DNA from: Alphaproteobacteria bacterium
GTDB lineage: Bacteria > Pseudomonadota > Alphaproteobacteria > Caedimonadales > UBA1908
Direction of reading: 5' to 3'
Length of the DNA stretch: 64,000 nucleotides
Assembly: GCA_021298595.1 (NCBI GenBank)
Contig: JAJTHL010000003.1
Span: 713-64,712 of the forward strand
The translations under genes and the position numbers were made by a program. Positions within the stretch are counted from its first letter, which is position 1. Each line of letters begins with the position of its first letter. Positions 21,931 through 32,461 of the stretch are shown here, piece by piece. The notes below the pieces were generated by a model. It ran no database searches and had not been told where the DNA came from. It saw only the letters and a program-made list of their open reading frames with translations.

Positions 21931-22404
21931 ATGACTGATCCATCTCCAAGCCCTTTGGAAAAGCATACTGGCTATTGGCTAAGGTGCCTTTCAAACATGA
22001 TTTCAGGAAGCTTTGAAGCGCGTGTTGAAAAACATGCCATCACAGTTCCCCAGTGGGTGGCCTTGAGAACCCTTTATGACGCCCAGAAAATCACGCCCCA
22101 GGAGGCTGCTGAACGCATCGGTGTTGATAAAAGCACCTTCTCACGCATGCTTGATCGTCTTGAGGCAAAAGGGCTCGTGACGCGTCTTGCCCATGGCCGT
22201 GATGGGCGTTCATTCTTTGTTGCGCTTACGGACAGCGCGCGCGCCCTTGTTGTCACCATTGCCAAAGAGGCTGACACCAATGACGCGCTGTTCTTTGGGC
22301 ACATCACGCCTCAAGAAGAGGAAACTCTACGAGGTCTGATTTTACAGCTTTTAAAAGGCAACGGGTGGACACCCAAGGACCGTGCCAAAAAGCTTAACCA
22401 CTAG
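21931..22404 (+). CDS. MarR family transcriptional regulator
   Basis: ITVPQW, DKSTFSRMLDRLEAKGLV, DGRS wing; ATG 21931 preferred because the earlier starts lie inside the promoter. Confidence 0.9.
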   Translation: MTDPSPSPLEKHTGYWLRCLSNMISGSFEARVEKHAITVPQWVALRTLYDAQKITPQEAAERIGVDKSTFSRMLDRLEAKGLVTRLAHGRDGRSFFVALTDSARALVVTIAKEADTNDALFFGHITPQEEETLRGLILQLLKGNGWTPKDRAKKLNH

Positions 22405-22414
22405 AAAGGAAAAG

Positions 22415-22810
22415 ATGATGAATATTCAAGAAATTAAAGAGGCAATTGCGTTGAGCCTTAACAAAGAGCTTTCGTTCCCGCAACTTATTGACCGTCTTAT
22501 GAAAGCCGGAGCCGAGCGTTATACAGTGGATTTTGCGGCCAAGCTTATTCATTACTACGGCCAAGAAAACGAGTACTTTTCTTACTGCATTGAAAGTGAA
22601 AACTTTGGGCTACCGGCCAGCGCATTCTGTGAAGAAAGCATTAGAAACGCCATTGAAGCTGCACAAGCACAACTCATTGATTACGAGACCTTTGCAGAGC
22701 GAGTGATCGCCGGCGGGACCGCTCAGTACCAGATTTTCTTCAAGGAAAGAAAACAACTTTATCTTGGACGCGAAGGGTCCGTATACGCTTGCCCCTTCCC
22801 TCAGTTTTAG
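22415..22810 (+). CDS. DUF1398-like protein
   Basis: LSFPQLIxxLxxAGAERYTVDF...DYETF...YLGREG pattern. Confidence 0.65.
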   Translation: MMNIQEIKEAIALSLNKELSFPQLIDRLMKAGAERYTVDFAAKLIHYYGQENEYFSYCIESENFGLPASAFCEESIRNAIEAAQAQLIDYETFAERVIAGGTAQYQIFFKERKQLYLGREGSVYACPFPQF

Positions 22811-22817
22811 AAATCTC

Positions 22818-22841
22818 AAGGGACGTGCAAGCACGTCCCTT
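22818..22841. terminator. Terminator hairpin between convergent genes
   Basis: aagggacgtgc-aa-gcacgtccctt. Confidence 0.7.
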
Positions 22842-22849
22842 CTCTGACT

Positions 22850-23809
22850 TTAGATAGCGATGGACGCGAAAGGCTGCCAGGTCTGCCATACTTCTTGGGG
22901 AATCACTTCCTCTCGCCACGCAGTTGCATCGGCAAACAACGTTCGCAAAAGCTGATTGTTCATCTCGTGTCCGCCGTTATGGGAGGCGTATGCCCCTAAA
23001 ATCGGCGCACCCGCCAAAGCCATGTCTCCAACGGCATCAAGGATCTTGTGTCGGACACACTCATTGCGAAGACGCTCGCCGCCCGCGTTCATCACCTTGC
23101 CTTCGTGCAAAACAAGGGTATTCTCAAGGCTTGCGCCTTTTGCAAGACCCATGGCCTGTAGTTTTTGACCATCCTCAAAAAAGCCAAAGGTTCTCGCCTT
23201 TGAAATTTCACGAAGGAAACCAGCCGGCGTCCAATCAAAGCTCATGGTCTGGGCCGGGACCCCGTCTCGCCCGCCAAAAAAGTCAAAGGAGAAATCGTAG
23301 GTCGTCTTGACAGCGGGCTCAAGGCGTACGTATTTGTTTCCTTGGCGCACTTCAACTGGTTTTAAGATCTTATATCTAAGGCGGTTTGCGTCTTGCGTCA
23401 CAAGCCCAAGGGCCCCAAGCGCATCGGCATAAATATGAGAGCTTCCGTCCAAAACCGGCATTTCAGGACCACTGACCTCTATATACAAGTTGTCAACCTC
23501 AAGACCCGCAAGGGCGGCCATGAGATGTTCGACCATGGCAATGGTAACGCCGTCTGCGTTGCGCAGCTGGGTGCTCATGCGTGTATCGCTGACTTGATGC
23601 CAAAGGGCCCGGATCTGGGCGGACGCGCCGCTATCTGTGCGCTCAAAAACGATCCCTGTGTTTATAGGTGCGGGCTTAAAGGTCACATTCACATTTTGTC
23701 CAGAGTGAACGCCAACCCCTTCCAAAGAACCTGCTTTTCTGATGGTTTTTTGCTGGGCGACTTTTTTTTGCTCTGCGTATTGATCTGCGTCTCGGCCTGA
23801 GATGACCAT
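22850..23809 (-). CDS. lpxC: UDP-3-O-acyl-GlcNAc deacetylase
   Basis: GVGVHSG, VEHLMAAL, PVLDGS, ARTFGF, RHKILDAVGD. Confidence 0.97.
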   Translation of the reverse strand: MVISGRDADQYAEQKKVAQQKTIRKAGSLEGVGVHSGQNVNVTFKPAPINTGIVFERTDSGASAQIRALWHQVSDTRMSTQLRNADGVTIAMVEHLMAALAGLEVDNLYIEVSGPEMPVLDGSSHIYADALGALGLVTQDANRLRYKILKPVEVRQGNKYVRLEPAVKTTYDFSFDFFGGRDGVPAQTMSFDWTPAGFLREISKARTFGFFEDGQKLQAMGLAKGASLENTLVLHEGKVMNAGGERLRNECVRHKILDAVGDMALAGAPILGAYASHNGGHEMNNQLLRTLFADATAWREEVIPQEVWQTWQPFASIAI

Positions 23810-23862
23810 TTTTTGTGTCCATAAAGGGGATAAAGATGAAGGGATTTTTTCAAGAAAACGCC

Positions 23863-24990
23863 TTAAAAAACAAGCATTCTTCTATTACAAATTGTTTCTT
23901 GCGGTATTATCTGGTCACCCCCTGTCATGGGGGCACAAACATCCGTGGTCCCTGGGAAAGAAATTGCCTTTCCTAAAGAAGATCTAATGGCCAAATAGGC
24001 AAAAGCCTGCGCTTCAATGAAATCCCCTTGCCATCCAAGGATTTCCACGGACTCGACCCTCGAAGGCGCCAGAAGCGTTTTCAGCTGCTCGACCAAATAG
24101 GTGTTATGCCGCCCGCCCCCACACATATAGAAATGAGTGGGACTTTCTGGATAAAAAGGGCTTGCCGCTGCAATGGATCTTACCGTCAACGCTGTCAGGG
24201 TCGCCGCGCCGTCCTCAAGGGAAAGTCCTTGGCAAAGCGCCAAAGTAAAACTTCCCCGATCCAGTGACTTAGGGGGGGGTTGAGAAAAGTAAGGGTGGCT
24301 TAAATACGACGCGAGAACATCCTTATGAACAGTCCCTTGCCGCGCAATCTGACCGCCTTCATCAAAGGCCTGACCCGTATGGGCCTTGACCCAATCATTG
24401 AGAAGGACGTTTCCTGGACCAGTATCAAAAGCAATCAGTGAGTCAGCGCGGCCGCCGTCTCCGCACCAGGTCACATTGGCGATTCCCCCAATATTCACAA
24501 AGACGCAACACCCTGATAATTTTCCTTTCAGAGCCTGATGGAAAATGGGGACAAGGGGCGCGCCCTGCCCACCTGCCCCTACATCCCTTTGGCGGAAATT
24601 GTAAATCACGGAGCATCCTAGGGCATTTGCAAGAAAAGACGGATCACCCAGCTGAAGGCTGATTTTACGCAAAGGATCATGGAGAACCGTTTGGCCGTGG
24701 AATCCCACAAGTTCTGGCATTCTTTTTGTGGTATCGATAAGGCTATTGGCGGCCTCTAAATGATACCTTGTCAAAACCGTTGAGGCTTGTGCACGAAGGG
24801 GACTCTCCCCTTTTGTTTGATAATCTTCTATGGTTGCCTTTAAAAGATCTTGAACAGCGGATGAATAAGGAAGAAAAACAGCTCTCACTGGTTTGACGAC
24901 TATCTCGCCATCACTTTCAATCAATGCCGCATCAACCCCGTCCAACGAGGTCCCACTCATAAACCCAAGGGATAGGATAGTCTTACCCAC
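23863..24990 (-). CDS. anmK: Anhydro-N-acetylmuramic acid kinase
   Basis: MSGTSLDGVD, GFHGQT, GGQGAPLVP, NIGGIAN, FDTGPGN, EAQAFA. Confidence 0.97.
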   Translation of the reverse strand: MGKTILSLGFMSGTSLDGVDAALIESDGEIVVKPVRAVFLPYSSAVQDLLKATIEDYQTKGESPLRAQASTVLTRYHLEAANSLIDTTKRMPELVGFHGQTVLHDPLRKISLQLGDPSFLANALGCSVIYNFRQRDVGAGGQGAPLVPIFHQALKGKLSGCCVFVNIGGIANVTWCGDGGRADSLIAFDTGPGNVLLNDWVKAHTGQAFDEGGQIARQGTVHKDVLASYLSHPYFSQPPPKSLDRGSFTLALCQGLSLEDGAATLTALTVRSIAAASPFYPESPTHFYMCGGGRHNTYLVEQLKTLLAPSRVESVEILGWQGDFIEAQAFAYLAIRSSLGKAISFPGTTDVCAPMTGGDQIIPQETICNRRMLVF

Positions 24991-25089
24991 GGCCCGCTTT
25001 CTTCACTCAATGATCTTCGTCGAACATAGAAAGAAAGAGCGCCGCACGCAAGACACATCATCATAGGGTCAATGAGTTAAGGGTGCTTC

Positions 25090-25755
25090 TTAAGAGCCAG
25101 CCCCCTGGTATTTCTTATCGAGCGTGTCCAAAAAAGAACTGATATCCCCGCCTGCCCTTTGAATGAGACTTGCATATTCAGAACGCTGGGTAATGCTCAT
25201 GCTCACGCCGTTGACAATAAGATCAACAATCTTAAAGCCACCTGCGCCACTCCCCTTGCTTTGTTGAAAGACTTTCCAATCAACACTCAAGGGTTCTGCG
25301 CCAGAAGGTCGCACGACGCGACTATTCACAAGCACGCCCCCGTCTTCTAGGGTTTGCGCGCCCGTCACTTCTAGCTTCTCATTAGAGTAGTTATCAAATT
25401 GCGCCGCGTAGTTTTCCACAATGGCTGTTTCAAAAAGGCCTAAATAACGGGCTTTTTGTGCGTCATCGGCTTGGCGCCAGTAACGCGCCAATACAAACTT
25501 GCCAATGGAGGGAATACTGAATTTTGTCTGCAGAATTTGACGAAACTGGCTTTTACGTTCTGCAAGGCTAGATTCCTTGTGTACTAAAACTTGGATGATC
25601 TCGTTACCTGTTTGTGCCACAAAGGATTTATAAGCCTCTTGTGAAGCGTTCGCACTGTTTGTCCCATCAGGCGTATTAGTGTTCTCTTGCGCACATACGT
25701 GACCGGACAACAGGGCTGCACTTAAAAGAACAGTGCAACATACTTTTTTTAACAC
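25090..25755 (-). CDS. mlaC: MlaC/Ttg2D phospholipid-binding periplasmic protein
   Basis: Signal peptide; FVLARYWR and KIVDLIVNGVSM..TQRSEY; adjacent to mlaA. Confidence 0.85.
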   Translation of the reverse strand: MLKKVCCTVLLSAALLSGHVCAQENTNTPDGTNSANASQEAYKSFVAQTGNEIIQVLVHKESSLAERKSQFRQILQTKFSIPSIGKFVLARYWRQADDAQKARYLGLFETAIVENYAAQFDNYSNEKLEVTGAQTLEDGGVLVNSRVVRPSGAEPLSVDWKVFQQSKGSGAGGFKIVDLIVNGVSMSITQRSEYASLIQRAGGDISSFLDTLDKKYQGAGS

Positions 25756-25760
25756 GTTTT

Positions 25761-26561
25761 TTACTCCTCCAAAGTGGGCGAATCTTTATAAACGACGTGC
25801 CCATCATTTATCTGGAACGCGCGGTGTTGTCTATATAAAACACGGTAGGTGGCATATTTATCCGAAGACGTCTTATCAATGCTGTCCGTTGTAGGCAGTG
25901 CGTCCCTTCGTTTGCGCACGGCATCAAGACCCGCACGACCCCAGATCACTTCGTTCAAATCCTTATCCCTGAGGAAGTAGTTAAAGGGATCCATCGCCCA
26001 ATCTGCAAGCGTGCCCACAAAATCTCTAAAGTTTGATGGACCTAAAATAGGTAGGACTAAATACGGGCCATCATCTACCTGATAATGGGCAAGTGTTTGC
26101 CCAAAATCGCGTTTGCGACGCTCAAGCCCCGCAAGCTTATAGGCTGGATTGAAAAGCCCTCCGATACCCATGGTCGAGTTCATGGTAAAACGACCAAGTG
26201 TCTCCATAGCCTGATCTGGCTTTCCTTGAAAGATCTCATTGGCAAAGGTCACAGGCTCCACAAGGTTGTCCAGGACGTTGCTCACATTTTCCTTCACAGG
26301 ATCAGGCGTACATAAATCATAAATTTGAGCTGCTGGCTTTAGGAACATCCCGTCCAGAAGTTCGTTAAAAACAAAAAAGAAACGGTTTACAGGCTCAAGG
26401 GGATCGGGTGTTTCGTCGGCTTTTGTGTCAACGGTCACTTGTTCAGCACCAAGTCCGACCGCATTAGATGCGAAAAGCTCTGGTGTGAGTGAGACACTCA
26501 ACAACAAAAGAACCACCTTTGGTAAGGCGTTTTCCTTCATAAGCGTTACTTTTTTGTTCAC
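25761..26561 (-). CDS. mlaA: VacJ/MlaA family protein
   Basis: DPLEPVNR, DFGQTL, GPYLVLPILGPSNFRD. Confidence 0.92.
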   Translation of the reverse strand: MNKKVTLMKENALPKVVLLLLSVSLTPELFASNAVGLGAEQVTVDTKADETPDPLEPVNRFFFVFNELLDGMFLKPAAQIYDLCTPDPVKENVSNVLDNLVEPVTFANEIFQGKPDQAMETLGRFTMNSTMGIGGLFNPAYKLAGLERRKRDFGQTLAHYQVDDGPYLVLPILGPSNFRDFVGTLADWAMDPFNYFLRDKDLNEVIWGRAGLDAVRKRRDALPTTDSIDKTSSDKYATYRVLYRQHRAFQINDGHVVYKDSPTLEE

Positions 26562-26707
26562 TATCTTCTCCTTCCACCATTTTGCCGTTTTCGCACCTTA
26601 CACCACAAGATACAAAAAAAAACTTAATAACCTTCATCCAAAAGGTTAACACGACTTCCCTTGGGCTAAAAAAACCGGTAATCTGCCAACATGGTTAGTG
26701 TAACGTA

Positions 26708-27346
26708 GTGTTCTTCAAGATGAAACAGGGAAAAGCTTTCTTTTTGATGGTGTTGGTTACAACACTTTTGGCAAGCGATAAAGGGGCTACGGCTGTCCCT
26801 GATATGATCATCGGCGCCAGCAATGCGCCCATTACGATTATAGAGTACTCATCCCTCACCTGCCATTACTGCGCAGAATTTCACAAAGACGTTTTGCCAG
26901 CCCTTAAAAAGAAATACCTTGATACTGGTAAGGCACGCTTGATCTTTAGAAACTTCTCATCCGATGCATACGGCATTGCAGCAGCCTGCCTTCTTGCCAA
27001 AGCGCCTGCCATTAAAAGGGTCGGGCTTTTAAACGAGCTCTATTTAAAGCAAGCACAGTGGATGTCCCCTGAATATGTAAGAGAACTTGCCGCCATTTTC
27101 TCCTTGCCTATTAGCCAAGCCCAAGCCATCACCTCAGACAAAGCCCTAATTAAAGCGTTGGGTGAGAGTTTTCTGATGGCGCAGAAAAAATATAACATAA
27201 ATGCAACGCCTTATTTTATTGTAAACGGTCGCGTCATTGATTATAAGCCCAAGCTTGAGGAATTAGAAAAACTCATGTACCCCAAGACTGTCGCAAACAC
27301 AGGCAAGAAAGCGGTTCCTGAAAAGCCACTATCTCAGAAGAAATAG
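26708..27346 (+). CDS. DsbA-like thioredoxin-fold oxidoreductase
   Basis: APITIIEYSSLTCHYCAEFH, ATPYF. Confidence 0.9.
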   Translation: MFFKMKQGKAFFLMVLVTTLLASDKGATAVPDMIIGASNAPITIIEYSSLTCHYCAEFHKDVLPALKKKYLDTGKARLIFRNFSSDAYGIAAACLLAKAPAIKRVGLLNELYLKQAQWMSPEYVRELAAIFSLPISQAQAITSDKALIKALGESFLMAQKKYNINATPYFIVNGRVIDYKPKLEELEKLMYPKTVANTGKKAVPEKPLSQKK

Positions 27347-27354
27347 TATTTGAT

Positions 27355-29196
27355 ATGAGCGCGCCTGGCTCCCATAGTGAATCGCTTCTTTACACTTATT
27401 GCTACCGGTGGGCTAAAAAACTTTGGCCGTCAAGGCTCTTAAGACGTCACAAGACTGAAGCCTCCATCGACATCGCTCCCTTTGTGGCACGCTTTCTTGT
27501 ACCCTACCAATTTGCCGTGATGAAGGCCCTTTTGCTTTTAACTATCGCAGCCATGACTGTTCTTTCCTTTGGCTTTGCCTTTCGTCTGCTTGTGGATCAC
27601 GGCTTTTCGACCACCCATGATTCCTTCATCAATGTAGGTTTTTTATTCTTTTTGGGCGCAAGCGCCTTGTTGGCGCTGAATGCCTACTTTCGCATCACCA
27701 CTACCTCTTGGATTGCAGAACGCCTTGTGACAGACGTCAGACGAGAAGTTTTTGGGCACCTCTTGACTCTGGACCAAACGTTTTTTGAAACGGCGCGCAC
27801 GGGTGATCTTATTGCGCGCATTAATACAGACACGAGCCTCATTCAAACACTTTTCACCAATTCAGCCGCCGTGGCGGTTCGAAGCCTTTTACAGCTTGTG
27901 GGTGCAACCCTCATGATGTTTCTCACAAGCCTCAAGCTGACCGGGATTGTCTTTTTGGTGGTACCCATCATTTTATCACCCATTTGGATCCTTGGACGGT
28001 GGGTGAAACGCCTGACCAAACAAGTCCAAGAAGCCCAAGGAAACGCCGAAGCTTACGCAGCTGAGCATCTGGCCTCTGTCACAACCTTGCAACTTTTCAA
28101 CCGAGAGCAAACAATCTTGGGCCGGTTTATAAATCACCTGGACGAACGACTCTCCCTTGTAAAAAAACGCATCCACGTACGATCAGGCCTTGTGTGCATT
28201 GTGATCTTTTTTGCCTTTGCCAGCGTAAGCTGTGTCTTATGGATCGGCAGCCAAGATGTCGTTTCAGGTCATATGACGGCAGGTGCCTTGGTCTCTTTCG
28301 TCTTTTTTGCTGTCATTGTGGCTGGTTCTCTTAACTCTCTTTCGGAAGTTTTTGGCGAGCTTCAAACCGTTTCAGGCGCGTGCGAAAGGCTAGTTGAGCT
28401 TTTGATTATCACCCCCACACTAACACAACCTAACAGACCTCAAACGCCAACCTTCAATAAAGAGATTTCGTTTAATCAAGTCACCTTTAGCTATCCCACA
28501 AGGCCAACACTGCCCTCGTTAACCGATTTTTCCCTGACCCTCAAAAAAGGAGAAAAAGTTGCTTTAGTGGGACCCTCGGGAGCTGGAAAAAGCACTGTTT
28601 TTCAACTTCTTCTAAGGCTCTTTGACCCACAATCTGGCACTCTTACGGTGGATGGTGTCCCCTATAAAGCGTGCGATCTGCCAAGCCTTCGTCAGCTTTT
28701 CGCGGTAGTGCCTCAAGAGTCAGTGATTTTCAATATGAGCATCGAAGAAAATATTCGTTTTGGCCAACGTAGCCCCGTAGATGCGGCACGTTTTTTTAAA
28801 TTTTGTAAAAAGGCCCATGTAGATGAGTTCGTTGCATTGCTTCCACAAGGATATCAAACGATTGTAGGAGAAAAGGGTGTGCGTCTTTCAGGTGGTCAAA
28901 AACAGCGCCTGGCCCTTGCGCGCGCCTTTCTCAGGGAGGGAGAAATCTTGCTTTTGGATGAAGCCACCAACGCCCTTGATGCGGAAAGTGAAGCGCACAT
29001 TCAAGAGGCACTTTCATCCCTTCTAAAAGACAAGACGGCCATGATTATTGCCCACCGCCTTTCCACCATCGAAAACGTTGATCGTATCATTGTGCTTGAC
29101 CAAGGTCGTGTTGTGGAGCAAGGAACATACGCGCAGCTTATGGCCCTCAAGGGCTTTTTTACCCGTCTTGTGCACAAACAACAATTCACCAGTTGA
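27355..29196 (+). CDS. ABC exporter, fused TMD-NBD (MsbA-like family)
   Basis: TM helices, GPSGAGKST, LSGGQKQR, LLLDEAT, IAHRLST. Confidence 0.9.
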   Translation: MSAPGSHSESLLYTYCYRWAKKLWPSRLLRRHKTEASIDIAPFVARFLVPYQFAVMKALLLLTIAAMTVLSFGFAFRLLVDHGFSTTHDSFINVGFLFFLGASALLALNAYFRITTTSWIAERLVTDVRREVFGHLLTLDQTFFETARTGDLIARINTDTSLIQTLFTNSAAVAVRSLLQLVGATLMMFLTSLKLTGIVFLVVPIILSPIWILGRWVKRLTKQVQEAQGNAEAYAAEHLASVTTLQLFNREQTILGRFINHLDERLSLVKKRIHVRSGLVCIVIFFAFASVSCVLWIGSQDVVSGHMTAGALVSFVFFAVIVAGSLNSLSEVFGELQTVSGACERLVELLIITPTLTQPNRPQTPTFNKEISFNQVTFSYPTRPTLPSLTDFSLTLKKGEKVALVGPSGAGKSTVFQLLLRLFDPQSGTLTVDGVPYKACDLPSLRQLFAVVPQESVIFNMSIEENIRFGQRSPVDAARFFKFCKKAHVDEFVALLPQGYQTIVGEKGVRLSGGQKQRLALARAFLREGEILLLDEATNALDAESEAHIQEALSSLLKDKTAMIIAHRLSTIENVDRIIVLDQGRVVEQGTYAQLMALKGFFTRLVHKQQFTS

Positions 29197-29374
29197 GACT
29201 TTTGCGCGTCTTTATGCCGTACAGATTTGCTAGAAAAATACTACTGTCGATTTCTATCTTAACTACAAGTTTTTCTTTCTAGATTATTAAGTATGGGACA
29301 AAAACGTTTGTGACTTCCAAAGAAGCGGTGACTCGTTAGCGTTCTTTTTTAGCTTTTTTTTGCCCCTAGGATCA

Positions 29375-31285
29375 TTACTGATTCATCCTCTTTCTTCTAA
29401 ACGCTCCCTCATCGGCTAAATATCTCTCAAGAACAATATCAAGCTGTTGAAAGCGTAGTGGTTTATTTAGGTAATCATCCATCCCTGCTGCGATACATTT
29501 TTCCCGATCTCCCACAAGGGCGTCTGCTGTAAGCGCAACAATGGGAACGGGCTGCAATCCCTTATCTTTTTCATGTCTTCTGATACAAGCAGTCGATTCA
29601 AACCCGTCCATTTCAGGCATTTGACAGTCCATTAATATGAGATCATAGTTCTCATTTTGAAACATCTCAAATCCTATGCGCCCATTCTCCGCCATATGAA
29701 CGGTTAATGCGTATCTCTCAAGAACCTTGTTAATCAACATTTGATTTACTTTTACATCTTCGACCACTAACACTTGTTTATCGGAGTATTGCCGTGTGGT
29801 TTTTTCACATTTAGAAGAGTTATTCGGATCCTTAATGTGAAAAACTTCATATTTGGTTAAGAAGGATATCTCTTTTTTAGCATGTCTTGCCTCCATCAAC
29901 ACCTGGATAAATGTTTTCACTTCTCTTGGATAAAAGGGTTTTGAAAAGTAACCTCCAATCCCTGCTTTGGTCATCTTACTTTGCGATGGCATTTGCCCCG
30001 CAGAAAACATCAAAATACCCATGCTATTAGAAAGCAAGGGATGCGCTTGTACTTGTTCCACAAATTCTAGACCATTAATCCCATCTAATCGGTAATCTAC
30101 AATGAGAAGATCAAAAGCATGCCCTGCCTGTTTTGCTTCAAGAAGTGCCTGCAATGCGCTGTCCGTGGTTTCACAAAGTTGGGTTACCATCCCAAACCGT
30201 TGCAAATATCCTTCCATAATGTACCCATTGACTGGGTAATCGTCCAGGACGAGGGCTTTTATGCCCCTGATATCAAAATCTGAGTATTGGCATGAAATAT
30301 TATTATTGACTCCCTCCTTCAGAAAGAGACTAAAATGAAAAGCTGATCCTTTTCCTTCCTCACTTGTGACCTTTATTGTGCCACCCATCATCTCAATCAA
30401 ACTCTTACTAATGGAAAGACCAAGACCCGTTCCGCCGAATTTACGCGTGGTTCCTTCTTCCGCTTGGGTGAATTTACTGAATATATAGTCAAGCTTATTT
30501 GCTGGGATACCGATTCCTGTGTCCTCGACCCTAAAACAAAGCTCAATATGACCATCGACGGAAGGCTTGGACCCCACATTTACCAAAACATGGCCTTTTG
30601 AGGTAAACTTGATCGCATTTCCGGCAAGGTTTATGAGAATTTGCCGTACCCTCAACGGATCTCCCACCAAAAACTGCGGCACGCTTGGATCCACATTGAC
30701 AAGAAGTTCAATGCATTTTTCTTGTGTTTTGAGGCGAATCAAATCTGTAATATCCTCTAACAGAATGTAAAGATTGAAATTAATTGGATCCAATTGCAGC
30801 TTTTCGGCTTCAATCTTTGACAGGTCTAAAATATCATTGATAATATCGAGCAGATTCTCTGCTGATTTTTGAATAATCTGCGCGGTGTTGCGCTGCTCTG
30901 GTGTCAGGTGCATCTCCAAAAGAAGTGAGGTCATTCCTAGAACGCCGTTCATGGGCGTTCTGATTTCATGACTCATGTTGGCCAAAAAATCACTTTTGGC
31001 CCGACTGGCCCGCTCAGCGGCTTCTTTTGCGCTGGCTATTTCAGCTGTACGTTTTTTGACTTCTTCTTCAAGATGCTCCTTTTGGAAGGTAATTTCACTA
31101 TATTGTTCAGACATTTCATCTGACATAAGTTGTAATGTTCGTTCCGCCCTAAGACGGGATTGTTCAAAGTCTTCATAGGCTTGGCTCACCATTGGCAGTA
31201 AAGAAGGAATATTTAACTGCCCCTCTCGGTCCGTGGCTTTTTTTACTTGTCTTTGTAAAACACGGTGTAATGTCTCCTCTTGCAT
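29375..31285 (-). CDS. Cytoplasmic hybrid histidine kinase (HisKA-HATPase-REC-REC), FIST-associated
   Basis: [37 protein letters not shown], two REC domains; no TM segment. Confidence 0.93.
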   Translation of the reverse strand: MQEETLHRVLQRQVKKATDREGQLNIPSLLPMVSQAYEDFEQSRLRAERTLQLMSDEMSEQYSEITFQKEHLEEEVKKRTAEIASAKEAAERASRAKSDFLANMSHEIRTPMNGVLGMTSLLLEMHLTPEQRNTAQIIQKSAENLLDIINDILDLSKIEAEKLQLDPINFNLYILLEDITDLIRLKTQEKCIELLVNVDPSVPQFLVGDPLRVRQILINLAGNAIKFTSKGHVLVNVGSKPSVDGHIELCFRVEDTGIGIPANKLDYIFSKFTQAEEGTTRKFGGTGLGLSISKSLIEMMGGTIKVTSEEGKGSAFHFSLFLKEGVNNNISCQYSDFDIRGIKALVLDDYPVNGYIMEGYLQRFGMVTQLCETTDSALQALLEAKQAGHAFDLLIVDYRLDGINGLEFVEQVQAHPLLSNSMGILMFSAGQMPSQSKMTKAGIGGYFSKPFYPREVKTFIQVLMEARHAKKEISFLTKYEVFHIKDPNNSSKCEKTTRQYSDKQVLVVEDVKVNQMLINKVLERYALTVHMAENGRIGFEMFQNENYDLILMDCQMPEMDGFESTACIRRHEKDKGLQPVPIVALTADALVGDREKCIAAGMDDYLNKPLRFQQLDIVLERYLADEGAFRRKRMNQ

Positions 31286-31309
31286 CTTGCCTACCCTCTT
31301 AAGTTAGGT

Positions 31310-32461
31310 TTATGTCCGTTCAGAAAGCAATGTAATGGTCATGGTTTGGTTATGAAAACCGCACTGACCCGTTGATCTGTGATGACCGATTTCACCGTAT
31401 GAATAGTATCCGATCGTGGGGATTTCGCTTTTGAAAAGCTCTTCTACAATTTCTACTTCATCTGCGACAGATTGACCCATGAGCACTTTTCGACCAATGC
31501 AGCTCACAAGTAAGGCAAAACCTTTCTGGTCTTGATTGACAGCGATTGAGGAATGCTTCATGGCCAAAGAGGCCGCCTGTTCGGCGCCATCGATGAGGTG
31601 ATTAAAATCACCCTTCATTAACCGGGCGACATAACCCTGGGGGACGTCGCCCGCAAAAATAAGAGACTGGTCTTCTTCATTCATACCGATAATGGTGCGC
31701 ACAATATCATGATCAGAGTTTTTGTCAGGACGGATATTTAAAGGAAAGTAAAGGGCACTTCTTGGAAGATCTTTTGCTTCGTCGCCTAAATAATCTTTAT
31801 ATAGCTTGAGCGCAGGCTTTCCATCCAGTTCATAGAGGATGTTGTTTTCAGATTTAGAGATCACACGTTCTGGTCCAAAGGCATCCCACCCCCCAACGCT
31901 ACCGTAGCTGACGTTTATGCTATCTCCATAAAAACCGATGGCCGCAACCATTTTATCGCAAATTTTCTCGTTGAGGCCCACATAGGTTTGACCAAACTGT
32001 GCGTCCATGTCGGCGGCAAACCCTCCCATGAGAATGACGCCTTGCGGAATCTCCTCGAAAAAACCCTTGACAAGGTCACTCCCTATGACGTGTGACCCCA
32101 CACTTAAGACAAAAATAGCCTTCAAGTCCGGAGCCTTTAGCGTTTCTCCCAAACTCTTACCGACACCGTGTGATTCTTCCATATGGTGAATCGCAGACTG
32201 CGCGCTTTTTACATAGAATTCACGGGGCTCAACCGCTGTGATGACAAGGGTATTTTCTTGTACCTCTCCGTTGTAAATTTCTCCCCCAGAACTACACCCA
32301 AGAAGGGTTGCTTTAGGGTAATGGCGTTTGATTTCTGTTAGGAAATCTTTATTTTCTAACAGATTTTTGGCTGCGAAATAGACCACGAATGCGGCGTCTC
32401 GAAGGGTTGGATCACCGCTCCACCCCTTTTGTTCTTGCCACGTTAAATGCTCAACCTTCAT
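31310..32461 (-). CDS. FIST-N/FIST-C domain protein (NosP-like)
   Basis: GCSSGGEI, GGFAAD, GGWDAFGPERVI, ELDGKPAL, SCIGRK, GYYSYGEI, HNQTMTIT. Confidence 0.92.
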   Translation of the reverse strand: MKVEHLTWQEQKGWSGDPTLRDAAFVVYFAAKNLLENKDFLTEIKRHYPKATLLGCSSGGEIYNGEVQENTLVITAVEPREFYVKSAQSAIHHMEESHGVGKSLGETLKAPDLKAIFVLSVGSHVIGSDLVKGFFEEIPQGVILMGGFAADMDAQFGQTYVGLNEKICDKMVAAIGFYGDSINVSYGSVGGWDAFGPERVISKSENNILYELDGKPALKLYKDYLGDEAKDLPRSALYFPLNIRPDKNSDHDIVRTIIGMNEEDQSLIFAGDVPQGYVARLMKGDFNHLIDGAEQAASLAMKHSSIAVNQDQKGFALLVSCIGRKVLMGQSVADEVEIVEELFKSEIPTIGYYSYGEIGHHRSTGQCGFHNQTMTITLLSERT

